A DNA stretch of 61,855 bases from an uncultured Bacteroidota bacterium (lineage in GTDB: Bacteria; Bacteroidota; Bacteroidia; Bacteroidales; CG2-30-32-10). Shown in pieces: positions 28,839-36,775 of this stretch; the stretch's first letter is position 1, and every line of letters begins with the position of its first letter. The position numbers and the translations under genes were made by a program. The stretch covers positions 1-61,855 of the forward strand of contig CAISZK010000230.1 in assembly GCA_903889915.1 (NCBI GenBank), read 5' to 3'. Below the pieces are notes generated by a model. It saw only the letters and a list, made by a program, of their open reading frames with translations. It had not been told where the DNA came from and ran no database searches.

Positions 28839-29927
28839 ATGAAAAAAGTTAGTTCAAAATATTGTTTGTTGGCAATGGTTTTTATTGCACTATTTGTGCT
28901 TAATGCTTGCGGACAAAACAAAACCTTACAACCGGAAAAAAATCAAAAAATGAAAGATACGATTATTAAGACGGATGATGAATGGAGGAAAGAGCTTTCT
29001 CCTCAACAATATTATGTTCTCCGGCAGAAGGGAACTGAAGCTCCTTTTTCAGGGAAGTTGTTATTCAATAAGGAAAAGGGTGTTTATAAATGCGCTGCCT
29101 GCGGTAACGAATTATTTACAGATGCAATGAAGTTCAACTCTGATTGCGGATGGCCAAGTTTCGACAATGCTATCAGTGGTGGCAGGATCATCACTCATGT
29201 GGATACATCTCATGGCATGATAAGAACGGAAATAATTTGTGCCCGGTGCGGAAGTCATTTGGGTCATTTGTTCAAAGACGGACCCACTGCTTCCGGCTTA
29301 CGATATTGTGTGAATTCATTATCGCTTGAATTTGTCAGTTCGAAAGACATTGCTGCTTTGGGCGAGGATAACAAAGTTGCCACCAATGATACGATCACTC
29401 TGGGAGGTGGTTGCTTCTGGTGTGTCGAAGCCATCTATGAAATGCTTAATGGTGTGGTGAAAGTAGAATCAGGTTTTTCAGGAGGGACTACAAGAAACCC
29501 TTCTTACGAACAGGTTTGTACAGGCATAACTGGCCATGCAGAAGTGGTGCAGATTGTTTATGATACAACCAAAACTTCATTGGATGAAATTTTAAAGGTG
29601 TTTTTTACAGTGCATGATCCGACAACTTTGAACAAGCAGGGCGCTGATGTAGGAACTCAATACCGTTCTGTGATCTTTTACAGGGATGACAAACAATATC
29701 AAATCGCAAAGAGTATCATAGATTCTCTGAACAGTGAGAAGGTATTTAAAAGCCCGGTATTAACACAGCTCAGTAAATTTGAAGCTTTCTATAAGGCCGA
29801 AAACTATCACCAGGATTATTACAACCAGAACAAGGACCAGCCTTATTGCCAATTGGTCATTCGGCCAAAAATTGAAAAGTTCGAAAAAGTATTTAAAGAT
29901 CGGCTTAAAAAGAATACCAAAGAATGA
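28839..29927 (+). CDS. msrAB: Fused methionine sulfoxide reductase (MsrB domain then MsrA domain) with a lipoprotein signal
   Basis: The MsrB domain has CAACGNELF...CGWPSF...RTEIICARCGSHLGHLFKDGP. The MsrA domain has GGGCFWCVEA. The N-terminus from 28839 is MKKVSSKYCLLAMVFIALFVLNACGQ. Confidence 0.85.
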   Translation: MKKVSSKYCLLAMVFIALFVLNACGQNKTLQPEKNQKMKDTIIKTDDEWRKELSPQQYYVLRQKGTEAPFSGKLLFNKEKGVYKCAACGNELFTDAMKFNSDCGWPSFDNAISGGRIITHVDTSHGMIRTEIICARCGSHLGHLFKDGPTASGLRYCVNSLSLEFVSSKDIAALGEDNKVATNDTITLGGGCFWCVEAIYEMLNGVVKVESGFSGGTTRNPSYEQVCTGITGHAEVVQIVYDTTKTSLDEILKVFFTVHDPTTLNKQGADVGTQYRSVIFYRDDKQYQIAKSIIDSLNSEKVFKSPVLTQLSKFEAFYKAENYHQDYYNQNKDQPYCQLVIRPKIEKFEKVFKDRLKKNTKE

Positions 29928-29965
29928 CTGAAACTAAATTGGCAAATTTCCAATTTCTTTCAGTC
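29926..29965. terminator. Hairpin overlapping both stop codons of convergent genes (bidirectional terminator-like)
   Basis: GACTGAAA..AAATTGG-caaattt-CCAATTT..TTTCAGTC. Confidence 0.45.
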
Positions 29966-30481
29966 TTTCTTCAATGCTTTTCCTTCAAGGTAAATCATGA
30001 ATTTTGAATGATCAGGTGGCAGTGCTATCTCAAATTTTACATTGACTTTTTTACTGCTTAATGTAACATAACTCAATCGGAATTGAGAAAGGTTAGGCAG
30101 TATCTCGCTGGTCATAACAATGCTGCTGTCATTGTAGGTGATGTTGTAATTTAAAACATGGTTTTCATTGTCAAAATAAATTGCTTTTGCTGGGTTTCCC
30201 GACGTGTCGCGATAGACGATCAGCAAATCATTATGGGTAAATGCAGGTCTGCTTTTTGAAGCAGGAAAAGTAGTGCTGCTTTTTCTTACCAAAATATTGC
30301 TGTCAAGATCTGACTGAAAAGTAAAAGCACCTGTGCCTTGCCCTGGTTGTCCGTTCTCGGCTCCAATCCAACTCCCGCAAAGGTGTTTCCATTTCACCCA
30401 TGAATCTTTTGTCTTCTGTGCAAACATAGGTTGCATAAACAACAGCATTGTGACTGCAATTAACAGCTTTTGAAATTTCAT
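29960..30481 (-). CDS. Hypothetical secreted protein
   Basis: A 173-aa ORF with signal peptide MKFQKLLIAVTMLLFMQPMFAQ. No family was recognised. Confidence 0.6.
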   Translation of the reverse strand: MKFQKLLIAVTMLLFMQPMFAQKTKDSWVKWKHLCGSWIGAENGQPGQGTGAFTFQSDLDSNILVRKSSTTFPASKSRPAFTHNDLLIVYRDTSGNPAKAIYFDNENHVLNYNITYNDSSIVMTSEILPNLSQFRLSYVTLSSKKVNVKFEIALPPDHSKFMIYLEGKALKKD

Positions 30482-30945
30482 TTGTTTGTGATTTAGGGTT
30501 TCAAACTTTTGTAACTTTGATTCAAATTAAGAATGTTTTTTGCAAAGCAGGTCATTGCAAATTTTGAAAAAGCAAAGATATTTAAATAATTTCTGTTGTG
30601 CGGAATTCTTTTATAATTATTGATTTTCGAAGAATTTTCCTGTGAAAAATTATGAAGAATTGAGAAAAGCAAATTAATCAAAATGAAACGGATAATCTGC
30701 ATCTTAACAAATATTAAGACAGACTGCTTGGAATAGTGTGAATCGCTGAGGCTTATTTGTTTTATCTTTGTAAAATTAAATTTGTAAAAATTTAAATCAT
30801 TCCAGGTGGATTTGAATAGCATTATTAAATTTTAATTTTCATATTGGGCAAATTTTATTGATCTCTTTTGTTTTTATCTCTGACAAGATTTGGAAGATCT
30901 TTTCTCTCTTGTCGTTTTAGCACAAAATTATTATCTCAAACTTTA

Positions 30946-31302
30946 ATGAAAAAACTGGTCGTTATCGGATTATTATTTTTTCTTCTTGCTTCATGTGGAA
31001 GCGTGCATGATATCCAATTTTATCATCATAAAGTGAAAGAATGTTCGTTGGTAAAAAAGGATTCTGTGCCGTTTTTTGTCATCATGGCTTTCCGTGAGAA
31101 ATATGGCAGTATTAAAGTTGATAAATGGTATAAAGTCGGCAAAAAAAAATATGCTGCCTGCTTTAACGATAATGGTGCAACAACCTACGCTTACTTCAAA
31201 GATAATGGGATCTTTGAGGGAGATGAATTAACTGACAGGGATTATGACAATCCTGATAACGATCTCGACCCTGTTGAACAGGATCAGATTGATGAGTATT
31301 AA
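30946..31302 (+). CDS. Small lipoprotein, PepSY-like (beta-lactamase-inhibitor-like) fold suspected
   Basis: ORF 30868. The internal ATG at 30946 gives MKKLVVIGLLFFLLASCGS. The segment VIMAFREKYGSIKVDKWYKVGKKKYAACFNDNGATTYAYFKDNG resembles PepSY-like repeats. Confidence 0.55.
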   Translation: MKKLVVIGLLFFLLASCGSVHDIQFYHHKVKECSLVKKDSVPFFVIMAFREKYGSIKVDKWYKVGKKKYAACFNDNGATTYAYFKDNGIFEGDELTDRDYDNPDNDLDPVEQDQIDEY

Positions 31303-31353
31303 AATTGCTCATAGTTCAAGTATCAAAGTTTCGTAAAATCTAAATAAATATTG

Positions 31354-32583
31354 ATGAAAAAAATAATTTCTTACACTATCATACTTATTGCTCTTTCAGT
31401 AAACACTGTCAGTGCACAAATAAAAATTCTTTTTGACGCAACCAAAGCCGAAGCTGCAGCCAATGCTGATTGGGTGATTGACGCCGATACCCACAACCTC
31501 ACCTATAGCAATGGTCCTGCACAGACCGGAGGTGATGAATCCAATCCTCAGCGTTATCCCGTTCCTACCCAATCAACAGTTACTTCTTCCACTCCTGAAA
31601 CGTATTGGGAAGGCGGCATTTCTGCATGGGGTATTGATATGGTGAAAAAAGGTTATGAAGTGGAAACACTTCCCCTGGGTGTGCAAATAACTTACGGAAA
31701 TACCGGCAATGCACAGGATCTTTCAAATTACAAAGTGTTCGTTGTTGTGGAACCGAATATTGTTTTCACATCGGCTGAGAAAATTGCAATCCTGGCATTT
31801 GTTCAAAATGGCGGTGGGCTTTTCATGGTTTCTGATCATGATGGCTCTGACCGCAATAACGATGGATGGGATTCACCGCATATCTGGAACGACTTTATGG
31901 ACACCACCGGAACACATCCGTTTGGCATGCACTTTAACTATGATACTTTTTCGCAGACAACAACAAATGTGGCAAACCTTCCCGGCAATCCTTTGCTGCA
32001 TGGTGTTATGGGAAATGTTACTGAAGTGCAGTGGAGCGGCGGTACTTCGATGACACTGAGCACAACCAATAATTCGTCGGTCAAAGGCGTTGTGTATAAA
32101 ACGGGGTCCTCCACAACAGGACTAACAAATGCCCTGGTTGCTTATGCTACTTATGGCAATGGCCGTGTTGTTGGCTTTGGCGACAGCTCTCCCTGCGACG
32201 ATGGAACAGGCGATCCGAATGATCAGCTTTATACAGGTTGGCTTGTTGATGCCGCCGGAAATCACGAAAAGCTTATCGTTAATGCTACGATATGGCTTGC
32301 AGGCAGCACATCAACAATTGCTGAAGAACCGCAACTCTACAATGTTTTGATCAATCAGCTTACTTATCCCGACAAGATGGTGTTTGATATTTCATCGTCC
32401 GATAACATTGATCATTCAACTTTCAGTGTTTACGACCTTCTCGGAAACCAGGTTTCAACAATGGCTGTACCCGATTCAAAAACCGTGGTAATCAATAATG
32501 GCTCACTTAGCAAGGGATTGTATATTTACAAACTGACCGTTAATGGAACTGTTGCTAAAACAGGGAAGTTTGCAATGTTATAA
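31354..32583 (+). CDS. Secreted protein of unknown function with a T9SS C-terminal sorting domain
   Basis: Signal peptide MKKIISYTIILIALSVNTVSAQ. The C-terminus reads FSVYDLLGNQV...LSKGLYIYKLTVNGTVAKTGKFAML. Confidence 0.8.
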   Translation: MKKIISYTIILIALSVNTVSAQIKILFDATKAEAAANADWVIDADTHNLTYSNGPAQTGGDESNPQRYPVPTQSTVTSSTPETYWEGGISAWGIDMVKKGYEVETLPLGVQITYGNTGNAQDLSNYKVFVVVEPNIVFTSAEKIAILAFVQNGGGLFMVSDHDGSDRNNDGWDSPHIWNDFMDTTGTHPFGMHFNYDTFSQTTTNVANLPGNPLLHGVMGNVTEVQWSGGTSMTLSTTNNSSVKGVVYKTGSSTTGLTNALVAYATYGNGRVVGFGDSSPCDDGTGDPNDQLYTGWLVDAAGNHEKLIVNATIWLAGSTSTIAEEPQLYNVLINQLTYPDKMVFDISSSDNIDHSTFSVYDLLGNQVSTMAVPDSKTVVINNGSLSKGLYIYKLTVNGTVAKTGKFAML

Positions 32584-32619
32584 AGTGTCATTTTTATTCT
32601 CACTTTTGAGAATTCTTTT

Positions 32620-33018
32620 TCACTTATTTTTCTCAATTATATCAAAAGGAATTTTTGCATCGGCATATACTTGCCAAAGCTTGATCTTTTCATTTTCAAC
32701 TATTGCTTTCCAGGCAGCAGGAATATGAAAATGATTGTTCTTATTTAAATTGTTGATGTTGCCAAAAGTACCATCAGCAAAGCCAAAGGCAGCAATGATT
32801 GATTCACTTTCTATGATGTCGGTTACCTCTATTTTATAATCAGGAAACAATTCAAAGTAGCCTTTCCAACCTGCTTTCATTGCAGCCTTGCCTGTAACAG
32901 CATTGTTTTGCGAATCAATAAATGTGTGATCATCCGTCATCAGGTCTGCGATTGCTTCCACATCGTGATCGTTGATAGCACGGGCAAATGCCTGAATTGT
33001 TTTGCTGCTCATGGTCAT
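32620..33018 (-). CDS. SnoaL-like / NTF2-superfamily protein
   Basis: 132 aa. The segment AFARAINDHDVEAIADLMTDDHTFIDS is the typical N-terminal helix pattern. Confidence 0.7.
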   Translation of the reverse strand: MTMSSKTIQAFARAINDHDVEAIADLMTDDHTFIDSQNNAVTGKAAMKAGWKGYFELFPDYKIEVTDIIESESIIAAFGFADGTFGNINNLNKNNHFHIPAAWKAIVENEKIKLWQVYADAKIPFDIIEKNK

Positions 33019-33100
33019 TAATTTTTTGCGAAGGTAGATAAGATTATTGAACGAGATTTAAAAGAAGATTGAATAATTCAATCATTCAGGGAATAACAAA

Positions 33101-33390
33101 ATGATTCAAAATGCTGCAAATTGTGTCAAAATGCTACGAAATGTGACAAAATGCTACGAAATGTGACAAAATGCTGCAAATTGTGTCAAAATGCTACGAA
33201 ATGTGACAAAATGCTGCAAATTGTGTCAAAATGCTACGAAATGTGACAAAATGCTACAAAATGTGTCAAAATGCTACAAAATGTGACAAAATGCTACGAA
33301 ATGTGACAAAATACTACGAAATGTGACAAAATGCTACAAAATGTGACAAAATGCTACGAAATGTGACAAAATGCTACGAAATGTATCAAT
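33101..33390. repeat. Tandem array of 14.5 units of 20 bp (ATGCTACGAAATGTGACAAA), each made of two related 10-bp halves
   Basis: ATGCT recurs at 33111, 33131, 33151 and so on to 33371, with an exact 20-bp period. Five sequence variants are present, and there is a degenerate half-unit at 33091-33100. Confidence 0.95.
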
Positions 33391-33427
33391 TGAAAATAAT
33401 CACTAATAATTTTAGCCACAAATTGTT

Positions 33428-33435
33428 TAAATTTG
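33428..33435 (+). promoter_or_regulatory. -7 box TAAATTTG, 45 bp upstream of ATG 33480 and 38 bp after the 20-bp array
   Basis: Exact TAnnTTTG match. Confidence 0.4.
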
Positions 33436-33479
33436 CTATTCTTTAAATTCAACTTTGAAAACAATTTTTTATTGAGATC

Positions 33480-34505
33480 ATGAAAGCAATGCTATTGAAT
33501 AATACCTCGTCATTTGAGCAGAATCCAAAACCACTGCATATGGTTGATATTCCAATTCCAATTCCTGTTGAAAAGGAGATCCTTATTAAAATAAAAGCCT
33601 GCGGAGTTTGTCACACAGAGCTTGACGAAATTGAAGGCCGCGCAACACCTTCGTTTTTCCCGATAATTTTAGGTCATCAGATTGCAGGCATCGTTGCACA
33701 AAATGGCGCTAATGCGAATAAATTTAAACCTGGTGACAGAGTAGGAGTGGGGTGGATTTTTTCTTCTTGTGGCAAATGCAGCTTTTGTCTGAGTGGACTT
33801 GAAAATCTTTGTTCTGATTTTAAAGCGACAGGCAAAGATGCCAATGGTGGTTATGCGGAGTATATATGTGTTCCCGAAGTGTCGGCTTTCATTATTCCAA
33901 ATCAGTTCAGCGATGCCGAAGCGGCTCCTTTGCTCTGCGGTGGCGCTATCGGTTATCGTTCTTTAAAACTTGCCAATATCAGGGATGGCCAAACCCTCGG
34001 TCTAACGGGCTTTGGTGCTTCGGGTCACCAGGTTTTGCAACTTTCAAAATTCATGTATCCATCTTCAAAAGTTTTTGTCTTTTCAAGGTCGGAAAAGGAG
34101 AGCCGGTTTGCCATGACTCTTGGCGCTGACTGGGCCGGGCTGACAGATCAAACTCCACCTGAACTCACCGATAGCATTATTGACACCACCCCTGCGTGGA
34201 AACCCATTGTGATGGCTTTGCAGTTCCTGAAGCCCGGCGGACGACTTGTCATCAATGCAATTCGCAAAGAAGACGCTGACAAAGATCAATTGTTGACGAT
34301 GAATTACAGGCAACATTTATGGATGGAAAAAGAAATAAAATCAGTAGCAAATATCACCCGCAAAGACATTGAAGAATTTTTGCCTCTTGCCGCTGCAATG
34401 AATTTGAAACCTACTGTGACAACCATTGCTCTTGAAGATGCAAACCAGGCCTTGTTTGATTTAAAGAAAGGCGGATTGCATGGGGCACAGGTGCTGGTTG
34501 TTTGA
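33480..34505 (+). CDS. Zinc-dependent alcohol dehydrogenase (MDR superfamily)
   Basis: CGVCHTE, GHQIAG, structural zinc CGKCSFCLSGLENLC, and Rossmann motif GLTGFGASGH. Confidence 0.85.
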   Translation: MKAMLLNNTSSFEQNPKPLHMVDIPIPIPVEKEILIKIKACGVCHTELDEIEGRATPSFFPIILGHQIAGIVAQNGANANKFKPGDRVGVGWIFSSCGKCSFCLSGLENLCSDFKATGKDANGGYAEYICVPEVSAFIIPNQFSDAEAAPLLCGGAIGYRSLKLANIRDGQTLGLTGFGASGHQVLQLSKFMYPSSKVFVFSRSEKESRFAMTLGADWAGLTDQTPPELTDSIIDTTPAWKPIVMALQFLKPGGRLVINAIRKEDADKDQLLTMNYRQHLWMEKEIKSVANITRKDIEEFLPLAAAMNLKPTVTTIALEDANQALFDLKKGGLHGAQVLVV

Positions 34506-34522
34506 GATGAAAATCCTCTCAG

Positions 34523-34828
34523 TTATTTTATGACTGGCTCTATTGAAACACAGTTTTCAACACACATCTTAAATTCATCAAGGAAAAATGGATTGATGGA
34601 GTAATTGAGTTTTCGATTTATACGTTTTGTTATCAAAATTTTTCCATTTTTCATATCAACCAAGTATTGTGATACGGTTGGTTTTGGCAAATTCAACAGT
34701 GTTGCAATATTCTTTATTTCCAGTTCCCTCTCTTTTTCAAGCAAAGTGATAATTTTGCAATTTACCGGATGCATAAGGTATCGCAAACTTTTCATAAGGA
34801 ATCGTGCTTTTTCTTTATTGAGTTCCAT
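34523..34828 (-). CDS. ArsR/SmtB-like winged-helix regulator, paralog A1 (101 aa)
   Basis: LRYLMHPVNCKIITLLEKERELEIKNIATLLNLPKPTVSQYLVDMKNGKILITKRINRKLNYSINP fits the ArsR HTH_20 pattern. Confidence 0.7.
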   Translation of the reverse strand: MELNKEKARFLMKSLRYLMHPVNCKIITLLEKERELEIKNIATLLNLPKPTVSQYLVDMKNGKILITKRINRKLNYSINPFFLDEFKMCVENCVSIEPVIK

Positions 34829-34882
34829 AATATTTTTTTTAATGGTTATACGTGAATTTTTATTTTTATGAATAAAGGAAAG

Positions 34883-35197
34883 TCAAAATGTTTCCTTACT
34901 GTTATTGTCTGTGGCGAATATCTCGTCAATTGTTTTCAGCAAGTCTTCATGAAAAGTTTGGTTGATGCTATAAAGTACACTTCTGTCTTCGCGTCTTGTA
35001 AGTAATATCCCACAATCCCTAAGTTCTAAGAGAAAGGGGCGAACAATAGAATTATTAGTTTTTAATTCGTTTGCAATCCTGACAATATCCAATTCTTTCT
35101 CTTTTTCAAGCAAATTCAGAATTCTTTTGTTTGTACCATGTAAAAGACTTTTCAAAAAACTCAGGACAGTCTTCATTTTTTCTTCATTGACGTTCAT
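34883..35197 (-). CDS. ArsR/SmtB-like winged-helix regulator, paralog B1 (104 aa)
   Basis: LKSLLHGTNKRILNLLEKEKELDIVRIANELKTNNSIVRPFLLELRDCGILLTRREDRSVLYSIN. Confidence 0.7.
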   Translation of the reverse strand: MNVNEEKMKTVLSFLKSLLHGTNKRILNLLEKEKELDIVRIANELKTNNSIVRPFLLELRDCGILLTRREDRSVLYSINQTFHEDLLKTIDEIFATDNNSKETF

Positions 35198-35369
35198 AGG
35201 GAATTTCTATCAGTTATCGTAAATTAAATTTCAGATATGAATAGTCTAAATTAGCAATACCATTTGAGAATAAACAACCAATACGTAGTCATCATTTTGG
35301 TGATTATTCATACGTTTAGCATTAGCCCCGGCATTTTGCAGTGATTTTTTCAAGGAATGACGCAAAATC

Positions 35370-35675
35370 CTATTTTATGACTAACTCTATTGCAACACAA
35401 TTTTCAACTTTCTTCTTTAATTCATCAAGGAAAAATGGATTGATAGAGTAAATGACATTTCGACCTTCACGTTTTGATATCAAAATATTTCTTCTCTTCA
35501 TTTCAACCAGGTGATGCGATATGATCGGTTGTGGCAAATTCATCACTTGTATAATATTCGTTACATCCATTTTCTTCTCTTTTTCAAGTAAATTGATGAT
35601 TTTGCCTTTCACCGGATGGATAAGGCAGCGCAAACTTTTGATTGCGTACCGTGCTTTTTCATTACTGAATTCCAT
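35370..35675 (-). CDS. ArsR/SmtB-like winged-helix regulator, paralog A2 (101 aa)
   Basis: About 60% identical to A1 by eye. It has the same C-terminus, NPFFLDE.K..VENCV.IE.VIK. Confidence 0.7.
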   Translation of the reverse strand: MEFSNEKARYAIKSLRCLIHPVKGKIINLLEKEKKMDVTNIIQVMNLPQPIISHHLVEMKRRNILISKREGRNVIYSINPFFLDELKKKVENCVAIELVIK

Positions 35676-35729
35676 ATAATTTTTTTTAAAGTTTATAAAA
35701 TTATTTTCACCTTGCCGGATAAATGAAAG

Positions 35730-36044
35730 TCATTGTTTTTCCATACTGCTATTGCCGGTTGTGAAGATTTCATCAATTATTCCTAGTAATTTTTTATGAA
35801 AATTAAGGTTGAGGCTGTAGAGAATACTTCTGTCTTCGCGCCTTGAAACCAAAATTCCTTTATTGCGCATGTCTATTAGATAATGCGAAACGAAATTATT
35901 TGTAACTCTTATTTCTTTTGCAATTCTGTCAGTATCCAATTCTTTTTCTTGTTCAAGCAAATAGAGAATTCTTTTGTTAGTACTGTTTGAAAGACATTTC
36001 AAAAAGCACAGGGCTGTCTTTGCTTTTTCTACATTGATGTCCAT
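35730..36044 (-). CDS. ArsR/SmtB-like winged-helix regulator, paralog B2 (104 aa)
   Basis: About 60% identical to B1 by eye. It shares STNKRIL.LLE.EKELD and IDEIF.T.N.S. Confidence 0.7.
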   Translation of the reverse strand: MDINVEKAKTALCFLKCLSNSTNKRILYLLEQEKELDTDRIAKEIRVTNNFVSHYLIDMRNKGILVSRREDRSILYSLNLNFHKKLLGIIDEIFTTGNSSMEKQ

Positions 36045-36084
36045 AACAAATTTCTTTAAATGGTCGTAGATTGATTTTCAGAAA

Positions 36085-36411
36085 TTAATTATTTCCAAGA
36101 GTTGTTCTATATTTGGGGTCTTGCATTGTAATGCATTTATCCATTTTCTCAGCCAGATCTTTATGAAAGTCTGGATTGATGCTATAGATCATCCTTCTTT
36201 TATTACGTTCTGAAACCAAAACACCTCTGTCTTTCAGTTCAATTAAATAATGCGACACAACAGGCTGTATCAGTTTAATTTTATTCATAATAGTGTTTAC
36301 ATCCAATGCTTTTTCTTTTTCAAGTAAAGTAATGATCTCCCTGTTTACAGGATGGCAAAGACTGCGCAAAGATTTAATGATGTTGTTTGCTTTTTCTGTG
36401 TTTATTTCCAT
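36085..36411 (-). CDS. ArsR/SmtB-like winged-helix regulator, paralog C (108 aa)
   Basis: Intermediate between the two types: HPVN as in the A type and NPDFHKDL as in the B type. Confidence 0.7.
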   Translation of the reverse strand: MEINTEKANNIIKSLRSLCHPVNREIITLLEKEKALDVNTIMNKIKLIQPVVSHYLIELKDRGVLVSERNKRRMIYSINPDFHKDLAEKMDKCITMQDPKYRTTLGNN

Positions 36412-36775
36412 AATGAAGTTGTTTAAATTGTTTTATTTTTTTTGATTCAGATAATTTTATAAACAAGAAGAACATGCAGGGAGAAAAAGAGTAAATCCTC
36501 CGTAAGCATTGATAAGACTGCATTCTTGGTCAAATAGTTCTAGAAACAGAATTGCTGTTTTAAAACATGGGTACAATATTAAAATAATTTTTCGAGATGT
36601 TGATATTTTTTTTTAAATAATTTCAAATTGGTGAAGTCCGGTTTATTTTAAAATACAATTCGGGCTGTTTTCTTTTAGTTATCGTTTCAACATTTTGTGC
36701 AAATGTGCATGAATGAAATATAGGAAAGCATAGTCAAATTTTGTGATGATTGATTGGTTAAGTTCAATTGATTTT

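Noticed and set aside
30493-30822. A 109-aa minus-strand ORF
   Set aside because: The region is very AT-rich. The peptide is low-complexity (Ile/Asn/Phe/Lys-rich) with no signal or domain. It occupies what looks like a divergent promoter region.
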